From Candidatus Omnitrophota bacterium (GTDB taxonomy: Bacteria; Omnitrophota; Gorgyraeia; Zapsychrales; Fredricksoniimonadaceae): 64,000 bases of DNA. Under the pieces are notes generated by a model. It had not been told where the DNA came from. It ran no database searches and was given only the letters and a program-made list of their open reading frames with translations. The stretch lies in NCBI GenBank assembly GCA_044225175.1, contig JBGAJA010000001.1:6994-70993 (forward strand). The letters run 5' to 3'. Numbering within the stretch: position 1 is the stretch's first letter; each line of letters begins with the position of its first letter. Below, one piece after another: positions 29,053 through 37,695 of this stretch. The position numbers and the translations under genes are program-made.

Positions 29053-30817
29053 ATTCTTCACTTTAAGTCTTTTCGTTTTGTTGGGTTCTTTAAATATTTC
29101 TTCTGCAGAAGATGTCAGTTTTGAAGCTACGGTGAATGCAAATCAAATTTCATTACCAGAGGCTCTAGAGCTTACATTAACGGTCCATGGAGCCAAAAAT
29201 ATTCCTCCTATTTCGATTCCCACCATCGACGGATTTCAAGTGCGTTATGTCGGCCCGTCAACCAGATTCTTAATTGTTAATGGAGTCTCTTCCAGTGAGC
29301 ATTCATTTGTTTATAATCTTTTTCCTTCTAAGACAGGTCGTTTTCAAATCCCTTCTCTATCTTTATTTATTGATCAAAAAACATATTCAACGAATCCCAT
29401 CGATATTGAAGTGATAGATACTCCAACTTCATCTGCGAGTACTGCTGATTCACCAGCAAAAGTAGGGGGAAGTATAGAGGACAAGGTTTTTTTAAAAGTA
29501 TCCATTGCTCCTAAAGAAGTTTATGTGGGAGAAAGGACTCCGCTTTCGATGAAGGTTTATGTGAAAGATTTTGGTCTTCAATTATCTTCTGCTCCTGGAG
29601 TTAAGGCAGATGGCTTTCTGACAGATTCAACTGCAAATATGCAAAAAAGCAGTGAGAACATCAATGGAATAGTTTATGAAACGCTCACATTTGATACTAA
29701 TATTTATCCAACCCAACCAGGTCCGTTAAAAATAGGACCATTTCAAGCTGTTGGACAACTTGTTTATCAGGTAAAGACAGGTAATGATATTTTTTCTGAT
29801 TTCTTTGGGAGGCAAGAAGCAAGACCTATTGCATTGCGAGCTGATCCTCTTACTATTGATGTCAAAGCCTTGCCAGAGGATGGAAAGCCTTCAGATTTTT
29901 CTGGTGCCATTGGACAATATGATTTTAAGGCAAGTGTAGGGCCCTTAGCCGTAAAATTAGGTGATCCTTTAACGCTACGAATGACAGTTTCGGGAAATGG
30001 TCGCTTTAAGAATTTAACCATGCCGGGATTGAATGATTCCCGCTTTAAAACATATGATCCTCAGATCAAAGAAGATGATAATTCTAAGACGGTTGAGCAG
30101 GTAATTATTCCAACCGATCAGAATATCAAGGAAGTGCCTCCTTTAAGTTTTAGTTACTTTGATCCTCAAGAGAAGAAATATAAAACAATCATACAAGGCC
30201 CATTTTCTATTTCTATCACAGCTCCTGCTAAAGGAGAAGAGTTTAAGGCTTATGGTTTTATGGACAAAACTGTTTCAGAAAAAACATCTAACATCAAATC
30301 TGATGGTATTAATAAATTATTTCAATTTTGTAGGGGCTTGATTAATCAAGCCCCTACGTTGGTAAAGAATTGGCGTTTCTGGTTTATCGTTATTGTCAGC
30401 ATAGTTCTTTGGGTAGGGATTAAAATTTGGCAAAGCTTCCAAAGGAGGCTGCAAAATGACCAAGCCTTTGCTAAGAAGTTTAATGCCCCTATGGAGGCTA
30501 AAAAGGGGTTCAAGCAAGCGGGTGAATTATTAACACAAAATAAAAACAAAGAGTTTTATGATGCTATTGATAAGACTCTGCGAAACTATTTAGCGCATAA
30601 AATGCATCAGCCAATTGGTAGTATGACAATCGCAGCTATGGAAGTTAAGCTGTCTCAAGCACATGTGGAAGAGAAATACATAACTGACTTAAAAGAGATT
30701 ATGGAAAGATGTGACCAAATTCGTTTTGCCGGTGTATTGCCCGATCAAAATCTTATGCAAAAAGACCTCCAGAAATTGCAGGGAATAGTGGCCTATTTGG
30801 ATAAGAAACTTAAATAA
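29033..30817 (+). CDS. batD: BatD-like protein
   Basis: Signal peptide, Ig-like repeats, LPEDGKPSDFSGAIGQY, FSYFDP, C-terminal TM. Confidence 0.85.
   Translation: MWTRIGKFFTLSLFVLLGSLNISSAEDVSFEATVNANQISLPEALELTLTVHGAKNIPPISIPTIDGFQVRYVGPSTRFLIVNGVSSSEHSFVYNLFPSKTGRFQIPSLSLFIDQKTYSTNPIDIEVIDTPTSSASTADSPAKVGGSIEDKVFLKVSIAPKEVYVGERTPLSMKVYVKDFGLQLSSAPGVKADGFLTDSTANMQKSSENINGIVYETLTFDTNIYPTQPGPLKIGPFQAVGQLVYQVKTGNDIFSDFFGRQEARPIALRADPLTIDVKALPEDGKPSDFSGAIGQYDFKASVGPLAVKLGDPLTLRMTVSGNGRFKNLTMPGLNDSRFKTYDPQIKEDDNSKTVEQVIIPTDQNIKEVPPLSFSYFDPQEKKYKTIIQGPFSISITAPAKGEEFKAYGFMDKTVSEKTSNIKSDGINKLFQFCRGLINQAPTLVKNWRFWFIVIVSIVLWVGIKIWQSFQRRLQNDQAFAKKFNAPMEAKKGFKQAGELLTQNKNKEFYDAIDKTLRNYLAHKMHQPIGSMTIAAMEVKLSQAHVEEKYITDLKEIMERCDQIRFAGVLPDQNLMQKDLQKLQGIVAYLDKKLK
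30330..30357. repeat. GTAG-type palindrome in frame inside batD
   Basis: Perfect 28-bp palindrome GTAGGGGCTTGATTAATCAAGCCCCTAC encoding CRGLINQAPT. Confidence 0.85.
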
Positions 30818-30869
30818 ATAGAGCCGTTTCAAAGTAGCATTTCTACTATATATATAGTAAACTCTCCTT

Positions 30870-32852
30870 ATGCCTAGAAATATTGATTTCAAACGAACCT
30901 TCCTCGTGGGGCTTCTCTGTGCTTTTATCTTAAACGTCCTGGGGCCATTGCCATCTAGGGCAGAGGAGTTTTATCTTCCTAAACCTGGGCAAATGGTCCA
31001 TTTAAGCCTTCTTGTGAACCCTCCTTTGCTCAAAGGAATCAAGGTCCATCCAGATAATCCTTTTATGTTCGATTTTATCCTAGATCAAGGGTCACGTTCC
31101 GTCGCTGATGCACATAAATTGAAGGAAGAGTCCAGCCGTCTAATCAAGTACTTTTTGGCCTCTTTAACCACCCCAGAAGCCGACCTATGGGTAAACCTAA
31201 GCCCCTATGAGAAAAACCGCATAGTCCCCGAAAGCTTTGGCCAAACCGAGATGGGCCGCGACCTTTTAGCCCAGGACTACATGCTCAAACAGATCACCGC
31301 CAGTCTGATGTATCCAGAAGAAGAGATTGGCCGTAAGTTTTGGAAGAGAATCTATGAAGAATCCGCCAAAAGGTATGGAACAACCAACATTCCAGTCAAC
31401 ACATTCAACAAGGTATGGATAGTCCCCGAGAAAGCCGTAGTCTATGAGAATGCAAAGGCCGGAACAGCCTATGTAGTGGAATCCAGGCTAAAGGTAATGT
31501 TGGAAGAAGACTACGTAGCCTCCAAAAAGGTGTCAGACACCTTTTTGAAGGGGCGGGTTGATAAAAAGGTGTCAGACACCTTTTTGCACAGTCAGATCAT
31601 ACGGGAGGTTGTTATTCCTGAATTGACTAAGGAGATCAATGAAGGGGCCAATTTTGTGCAGCTTAGGCAGGTTTATAGTTCTTTGATTCTAGCCACTTGG
31701 TACAAGAAGAAGATTAAAGATTCGATTTTGGCGCAGGTGTATGTCGATAAAAATAAAATCGTAGGGGTGGGTTCCAAACCCACCCAAGACCGGGCTGGTT
31801 TAGAACCAGCCCCTACGGATATTGAATTAATTTACCAACAATACCTCCAATCCTTCAAAAAAGGTGTCTATAACTACATCAAGGAAGAATCAGACCCGCT
31901 AACGAAACAACCTGTTCCCAGGAAATATTTCTCAGGAGGAGTTAATTTCTTTGGCGATTTGGCTATGAGTACTATAAACCAATTGCCTAATTCTGTGGGT
32001 CCAAAGAACCTGGCAATTGTGGGGGTACAAGTGCGTCCCGTTGATGAGCGAACGTCAGGGATTAAAAATTGGGATGATGTAGATATAGAGGGTTCCTTGC
32101 GACGTTTATTGAAAGTAGAGGAAAGGGAAGATGAAGGATTAGATCAAAAAATCAAAGAAGTGGCACTATTTATGAGTAAAGCTACTATTGGTAGATCTGC
32201 TGTTATGCGTCAAGTTTTAAATGATTTTGTGGATACGTATGGCATCAAAATGGAATTATTGCCTTCGACAACAAAGAAACAGTTATTGACAATCGTTATA
32301 AAAATAACAGGTCAACAAACGTATGAGGTATGGACAAGGTTTATTCAAGAAATAACACGGAAGTTCGGGATAGACATTCAAGAAATAGAAGAAGGACAGA
32401 AGCAGCAATTATTAACGGCTGGGCTGTATGTGGCATTAGGAAAGAAGAACAAGAAAGAAGGGGTGGTAGTATCGGATCAAGAAGAAGTATTTAATGATTT
32501 TCTAGTTTTTGTTAAGGAAACATTTGGGATTAGTGAGGAGGAACTAAGGTTAAAAGAAACAGAAGGAGGGCTTAAGTTAAGTGAGAAATTTCAAATGATC
32601 GTAGCTGGATATCATGTGTCTTTAGGCAAAGCCGAAGGATTAAATACATTTAAAGAGACAATCAAGACCATCCGAGAAACATTTGGGATTAGTGAGGAGG
32701 AACTAAGGTTAAAAGAAACAGAAGGAGGACTTAAGTTAAGTGAGAAATTCCAAATGATTGTAGCTGGATATCAGGTGTCTTTAGGCAAAGCCGAAGGATT
32801 AAATACATTTAAAGAGACAATCAAGACCATCTCGAGAAACATTTGGGATTAG
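30870..32852 (+). CDS. Large modular secreted protein, 5' part (signal peptide, conserved N-terminal chassis domain, start of 53-aa repeats); frameshifted in the repeat array
   Basis: Shares LPKPG..HLS..LKGIKVHPDNPF, LWVNLSPYEKNRIVPESFGQTEMGRDLLAQDYMLKQITASL and RKYFSGG with the 48163 and 58422 genes. The frame is lost at a 1-bp insertion near 32832. Confidence 0.85.
   Translation: MPRNIDFKRTFLVGLLCAFILNVLGPLPSRAEEFYLPKPGQMVHLSLLVNPPLLKGIKVHPDNPFMFDFILDQGSRSVADAHKLKEESSRLIKYFLASLTTPEADLWVNLSPYEKNRIVPESFGQTEMGRDLLAQDYMLKQITASLMYPEEEIGRKFWKRIYEESAKRYGTTNIPVNTFNKVWIVPEKAVVYENAKAGTAYVVESRLKVMLEEDYVASKKVSDTFLKGRVDKKVSDTFLHSQIIREVVIPELTKEINEGANFVQLRQVYSSLILATWYKKKIKDSILAQVYVDKNKIVGVGSKPTQDRAGLEPAPTDIELIYQQYLQSFKKGVYNYIKEESDPLTKQPVPRKYFSGGVNFFGDLAMSTINQLPNSVGPKNLAIVGVQVRPVDERTSGIKNWDDVDIEGSLRRLLKVEEREDEGLDQKIKEVALFMSKATIGRSAVMRQVLNDFVDTYGIKMELLPSTTKKQLLTIVIKITGQQTYEVWTRFIQEITRKFGIDIQEIEEGQKQQLLTAGLYVALGKKNKKEGVVVSDQEEVFNDFLVFVKETFGISEEELRLKETEGGLKLSEKFQMIVAGYHVSLGKAEGLNTFKETIKTIRETFGISEEELRLKETEGGLKLSEKFQMIVAGYQVSLGKAEGLNTFKETIKTISRNIWD
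31523..31585. repeat. Two in-frame copies of the palindrome AAAAAGGTGTCAGACACCTTTTT
   Basis: 31523-31547 and 31563-31585; encodes KKVSDTFL twice. Confidence 0.85.
31761..31816. repeat. Composite GTAG...CTAC double-hairpin element in frame
   Basis: GTAGGGGTGGGTT-cca-AACCCACCC ... GGGCTGGTT-tag-AACCAGCCCCTAC; encodes VGVGSKPTQDRAGLEPAPT. Confidence 0.8.
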
Positions 32853-34260
32853 TGAGGAGGAACTAAGGTTAAAAAAGAAACAGAAGGAGGACTTAAGAGC
32901 AGTGAGAAATTCCAAATGATTGTAGCTGGATATCATGTGTCTTTAAGCAAAAGCGAAGGAGGAATACATTTAAAGAGACAATCAAGTGAGAAACATTTCC
33001 AAATGAGGAGGAATCGTTAAAAGAAACAGAAGGAGGACTTAAGTTAAGTGAGAAATTCCAAATGATCGTTGTAGCTAGATATGCGGTGTCTTTAGGCAAA
33101 GCTGAAGGATTAAATAAGGATTGAGAAACATTTGGGATTAGTGAGGAGGAATTAAGGTTAAAGAAACAGAAGGAGACTTAAGTTAAGTGAGAAATCCAAA
33201 ATGAGTAGCTGGATATCAGGTGTCTTTAGGCAAAGCCGAAGGATTAAATACATTTTCAAGTGAGGAGGAACTAAGGTTAAAAGAAACAGAAGGAGGACTT
33301 AAGTTAAGTGAGAAATTCCAGATCGGAGCTGGATACTAAGGTTAAAAGCTACAAGGACTTAAGAAATTCCGAAGGATTAATTCCCGAAACAAAGAGACAA
33401 TCAAGATAATTCGAGAAACATTTGGGATTAGTCTAAGGTTAAAAGAAACAGAAGGAGGACTTAAGTTAAGTGAGAAATTCCAAATGATCGTAGCTGGATA
33501 TCCGGTGAGTTTAGGCAAAGCCGAAGGATTAAATACATTTAAAGAGACAATCAAGATAATTCGAGAAACATTTGGGATTAGTGAGGAGGAACTAAGGTTA
33601 AAAGAAACAGAAGGAAACATTTGGGATTAGTGAGGAAGGATTAAATACATTTAAAAAGAGACAATCAAGATATAATTCGAGAAACATTTGGGATTAGGTG
33701 AGGAGGATTAAGGTTAAAAGAAAAGAGGACTTAAGTTATGGAGAAATTCCAAATGATCGTAGCTGGATATCAGTGTGTCTTTAAGGAAAGCCGAAGGATT
33801 AAATACATTTAAAGAGACAATCAAGATAATTCGAGAAACATTTGGGATTAGTGAGGAGGAACTAAGGTTAAAAGAAACAGAAGGAGGACTTAAGTTAAGT
33901 GAGAAATTCCAAATGATCGTAGCTGGATATAGTGTAGCTACAAGGAAAGCCGAAGGATTAAATACATTTAAAGAGACAATCAAGATAATCCGAGAAACAT
34001 TTGGGATAGTGAGGAATACAGGTTAAAAAGAAACAGAAGGAGGATTAAGTTAAGTGAGAAATTCCAAATGATTGAGCTGGATATCATGTGTCTTTAGGCA
34101 TTTGAAGGATTAAATACATTTTAGTCCGAGAAACATTTGGGATTAGTGAGGAGGAATTAAGGTTAAAAGAAACAGAAGGAGGACTTAAGTTAAGTGAGAA
34201 ATTCCAAATGATTGTAGCTGGATATCAGGTGTCTTTAGGCAAAGCCGAAGGATTAAATAT
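32517..34260 (+). repeat. Coding tandem repeat, 159-bp (53-aa) unit, about 11-12 copies, many damaged by indels
   Basis: CATTTGGGAT recurs at 32521, 32680 (+159) and 32840 (+160) and onward; unit ETFGISEEELRLKETEGGLKLSEKFQMIVAGYxVSLGKAEGLNTFKETIKTIR. Confidence 0.95.
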
Positions 34261-35584
34261 ATTTAGGAGTAATTTGCAGGGGCAGGCACAAAAAATAGGG
34301 CCGAGACCTCAACAGCCGCTTGTGATACAAGGTTGGTTAAGCGCTATAGTTCAAGGGGTCAATAATAGTTATATCAAACGATATAGTTTTTCAATTCTTT
34401 CTATAGATCAAGCGATGAGAGTAACTACATCCCCTCTTCTAGAACGATTTGCAGCGCGCGCAATTGAAGAAGCTGATTTAACAGATGAGCATGTCGTTGA
34501 TGTGGTAGGAGGGAGATTTAACGAAGGATATGAATTCCCCAATGGTTTTCGACCAGGAAGAGTTTCGTTAGGTATGGGCCATGGATTGTCTACTGATCGA
34601 ATGATAGAAAGATGGCATGGTGCGGGAAGAGATAAGGTTGTATTTGAACGTCGAAATAGGCTCGGAAGAGTTAAGTCTCAAGTTCTTTGGGTAAAAATGA
34701 AATCGGCAGAGGAAGAAATTGCAGAATGGGAGAATAAAGGAGACCTTGATTTAGCAAGATTTTGGCTTGGTGAAATTAGGAGGCACGTCGTTAAAGATTC
34801 AAATGAAGGTTTTCAGTTAGCTACTGGCAGATTTGGAGAAAATCTTGAATTTTATGATGGTTTTAAACCTGGTCGTGTTGCAATGGGAGTGGGGCATATT
34901 TTAGATGGAGAAACACTAGCGCTGGAATGGCATGGTACAGGAAAAGATAAGATTATTTTTGAACGTCTAGATGCTGATGGAAAAGTGATTGCAAAAGTAT
35001 TATGGGTTAAGTTAAAGACGAAAAAAGGAGAACCTCCGCAATGGGAAAATAAGGGAGACTTTGAGTTGGCAAGGTTTTGGTTAGGTGAAATTAATCGCAT
35101 AGAGATAACCTCAACAATCGCTACAGAATTATATCAGGGAAGGTTTAATGCGGGATTTAGATTTGATGGGAATGGATATTTGGCTGGACAGGAGTATATG
35201 GGAATTGGTCATGGAGAGCCAGGGGACAGGATTTTTATGGATTGGATAGGAACGAGAAGAAATAGAGTGCAAATTAGTAGGGAACGTCGTTCTGAGGTTA
35301 TTATAACAGCAGAATGGTTTACGATCAGACAGCACAATGCGAAAGATTTGGATGAGTGGAACAGAGATCAAGCTCAAATATCTGAAACAGCAATATTTAC
35401 AAAAGGTGGTATTGATTTGACAGCCGATAAAACACCCTTGCAGATCCAAAATATTGAGGAGGGTATTCATTTTAAATTCGACCCTGCGATGATACAGAAA
35501 TTCCAAAATGCCCGTGGTTTTTACCCCGTGATTGTGAACATTATCCCACTGCAGGATGTAAGAGAATTTTTAGGTGCTTTGTAA
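34208..35584 (+). CDS. Large modular secreted protein, 3' part (last repeat, three ~105-aa repeats, conserved GGIDL C-terminal domain); continuation of the 30870 gene
   Basis: Begins inside the 53-aa repeat unit and ends KGGIDL...FDPAM...GFYPVIVNIIPL, like the other paralogues. Confidence 0.85.
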   Translation: MIVAGYQVSLGKAEGLNIFRSNLQGQAQKIGPRPQQPLVIQGWLSAIVQGVNNSYIKRYSFSILSIDQAMRVTTSPLLERFAARAIEEADLTDEHVVDVVGGRFNEGYEFPNGFRPGRVSLGMGHGLSTDRMIERWHGAGRDKVVFERRNRLGRVKSQVLWVKMKSAEEEIAEWENKGDLDLARFWLGEIRRHVVKDSNEGFQLATGRFGENLEFYDGFKPGRVAMGVGHILDGETLALEWHGTGKDKIIFERLDADGKVIAKVLWVKLKTKKGEPPQWENKGDFELARFWLGEINRIEITSTIATELYQGRFNAGFRFDGNGYLAGQEYMGIGHGEPGDRIFMDWIGTRRNRVQISRERRSEVIITAEWFTIRQHNAKDLDEWNRDQAQISETAIFTKGGIDLTADKTPLQIQNIEEGIHFKFDPAMIQKFQNARGFYPVIVNIIPLQDVREFLGAL

Positions 35585-36727
35585 TTCTTGTAAGACGATT
35601 TGCGCTGCGCGAAGAGAAGCTCCGGGTTCTCCCAAAGCGGTTTTGACCTTTCGTAGTTCTTCCACGATTTCTTTATTCTTTAGAATATCTTCCACATGAG
35701 TTGCAATATTTTCTGGATTACAGTCATTTTGAATAAGTTCAGGGACAATTTTTTTTCCAGCTACCACATTGACAAGGCCAATGTAGGGGATTTTAATGAC
35801 GTTTTTGGCAATGGCATAGGTAATCCAGGATGTTTTATAAATAATGACCATGGGTTTGCCTAGCAGTCCTGTTTCAAGTGTTGCAGTTCCTGAGGCGACA
35901 ATTGCGGCATCTATAGCATTGATCGCAGCATAAGGGTTTCCTTCAAATATTTTTAAAGGTAATGATGGGGGAATAAGGTTTTCTAAGGAACTTCTTTCAA
36001 TGGTGGATGCTTTTAATAGAAGGAATTGATAATTATTGTTCTTGGAATAAAGTTTTTGAGCTGCTTCAAGCATGGCTGGCAAATGCCTGTCTACTTCTTT
36101 GTGACGAGACCCAGGAAGAAGTCCGATTGTAATGCGTTCTTGGGAGGAGAGTCCAATGGATTGAAGGATATCTACAGGAGATTGCCAGCCAGAGGCTGGT
36201 CCGCCTTTGGCGGAAATTTCATCCACTAAGGGATGGCCGACATAATCGACGTTCATGCCAAACTTGGCATAGAGTTCTTTTTCGAAAGGAAAAAACACCA
36301 ACATACGATCAACAATTTTTTTAATTGTATGAATCCGTCCCTGACGCCAAGCCCAGACTTGAGGGCTAACGTAGTAGATCACCTTGATATGGCGTTTTTT
36401 AAGTTCACTGGCTAATCTTAGATTAAAGCCCGGATAATCAACCAGAACAACAGCATTAGGTTTGATGCGGTCAATTTCTGCAAGAGTATGCTCAAAGACT
36501 TTCTTAATGCGTCCAAGATTCTTAATAACTTCAGAAATACCAATAACTGCAAGAGACGTAATGTGCTCGAATAGCTCTACTCCCGCTTTCTGCATGCAAT
36601 CTCCGCCAACTCCAGAAAATTGAATATCGCTGGACAGGGACTTAAGGGCATTCACTAGTTCAGCTGCGCGCATATCGCCGGAGGCTTCGCCCGCTACTAT
36701 GATAATGTGCTTTTTTTGTGTTCCCAT
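35570..36727 (-). CDS. lpxB: Lipid-A-disaccharide synthase
   Basis: VAGEASGD, VDYPGFNL, YYVSPQVWAWR, VGHPL, LLPGSR, ASGTATLE. Confidence 0.96.
   Translation of the reverse strand: MGTQKKHIIIVAGEASGDMRAAELVNALKSLSSDIQFSGVGGDCMQKAGVELFEHITSLAVIGISEVIKNLGRIKKVFEHTLAEIDRIKPNAVVLVDYPGFNLRLASELKKRHIKVIYYVSPQVWAWRQGRIHTIKKIVDRMLVFFPFEKELYAKFGMNVDYVGHPLVDEISAKGGPASGWQSPVDILQSIGLSSQERITIGLLPGSRHKEVDRHLPAMLEAAQKLYSKNNNYQFLLLKASTIERSSLENLIPPSLPLKIFEGNPYAAINAIDAAIVASGTATLETGLLGKPMVIIYKTSWITYAIAKNVIKIPYIGLVNVVAGKKIVPELIQNDCNPENIATHVEDILKNKEIVEELRKVKTALGEPGASLRAAQIVLQELQST
36185..36214. repeat. Double-hairpin element (CAGCC..GGCTG plus TCCGCCTTTGGCGGA) in frame inside lpxB
   Basis: CCAGCC-aga-GGCTGG TCCGCC-ttt-GGCGGA; encodes SAKGGPASGW on the minus strand; same core at 42582 and 57742. 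Confidence 0.8.
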
Positions 36728-37635
36728 ATTTTGTGTGTGATTTCTAAGGCGACTTTAAGAGCTTCTTTGCCCTCAACGCCAGAAACGAGGGGTCTTTGAT
36801 CGTCTCGAATACAATCGAGGAAGTGTTCTAGTTCTTTTTTAAGAGGTTCTTCTTTTTCAATAGGGAGACTTTTTCGGTGAATACCTTTTTCATCCTTTGA
36901 ATAGATAAAGGCTTCTTGTTTGGCGTAGTCTAAAGAGATGTATGCGTTTTTGATAAACATACGAATTTTTCGTGTGACTTCTGGAGAAATACGGCTAGCG
37001 GTGATATTGCAAACGCAGCCGTTGTTAAAGGTGATACGGGCGTTCGCGATATCTTCTTTATCTGTCATGACATTGATTCCAACCGCTTGAATGTCTTTCA
37101 CGCTCGACTGAACCATTCCTAAAATGATATCAATGTCATGGATCATCAAGTCCATGACAACGCCAATGTCCAAAGAGCGATTGGGAAAAAGGTTAAGTCT
37201 ATGGCATTCCACAAATAAAGGATTGGCAGCCAGGGGAGCAACCGCTTGAAAAGCGCTGTTAAAACGTTCCACATGTCCTACTTGAATTTTGAGTTTATTC
37301 TTCTGGGCTGTATCAATTAGGATTTGTGCTTCATCTAAGGTATACGTGATTGGTTTTTCAATAAAGGTGTGGATGTTATGATCTAAAAAGAATTTGGCGA
37401 TTTCAAAATGACTGACGGTTGGTGTGCAAATGCTGACGGCATCAACTTTTCCAACTAAATTACGGTAATCTGTTTCCATGGGAATGTGGTATTGGCGTGA
37501 GAGGGGTTTAAGATGTTCGACGTGGTGGTCACAGATTGCGACCATGTTGACTTTATTTTTAAGGGCATGAAACGTCTTTAAATGACGAGTTCCTAAGAAG
37601 CCACAACCGATGAGTGCTAAATTTATTCTTTGCAT
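36697..37635 (-). CDS. Gfo/Idh/MocA oxidoreductase (GnnA-like UDP-GlcNAc 3-dehydrogenase)
   Basis: IGCGFLG, IEKP, VGHVERFN, DLMIHDID, ITASRIS; directly upstream of lpxB. Confidence 0.85.
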   Translation of the reverse strand: MQRINLALIGCGFLGTRHLKTFHALKNKVNMVAICDHHVEHLKPLSRQYHIPMETDYRNLVGKVDAVSICTPTVSHFEIAKFFLDHNIHTFIEKPITYTLDEAQILIDTAQKNKLKIQVGHVERFNSAFQAVAPLAANPLFVECHRLNLFPNRSLDIGVVMDLMIHDIDIILGMVQSSVKDIQAVGINVMTDKEDIANARITFNNGCVCNITASRISPEVTRKIRMFIKNAYISLDYAKQEAFIYSKDEKGIHRKSLPIEKEEPLKKELEHFLDCIRDDQRPLVSGVEGKEALKVALEITHKIWEHKKSTLS

Positions 37636-37695
37636 GAAAAGGATAGTAACAAAGCCCTCGACAAAAGTCAAACCCCATAGTATTATCTGCGCTTA

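Noticed and set aside
32893-34026. Short ORFs on both strands inside the tandem array
   Set aside because: They are fragments or antisense shadows of the broken 53-aa repeat, not independent genes.
32517-34260. Possible CRISPR array
   Set aside because: The unit is 159 bp, a multiple of three, coding and contiguous, with no unique spacers and no cas genes.
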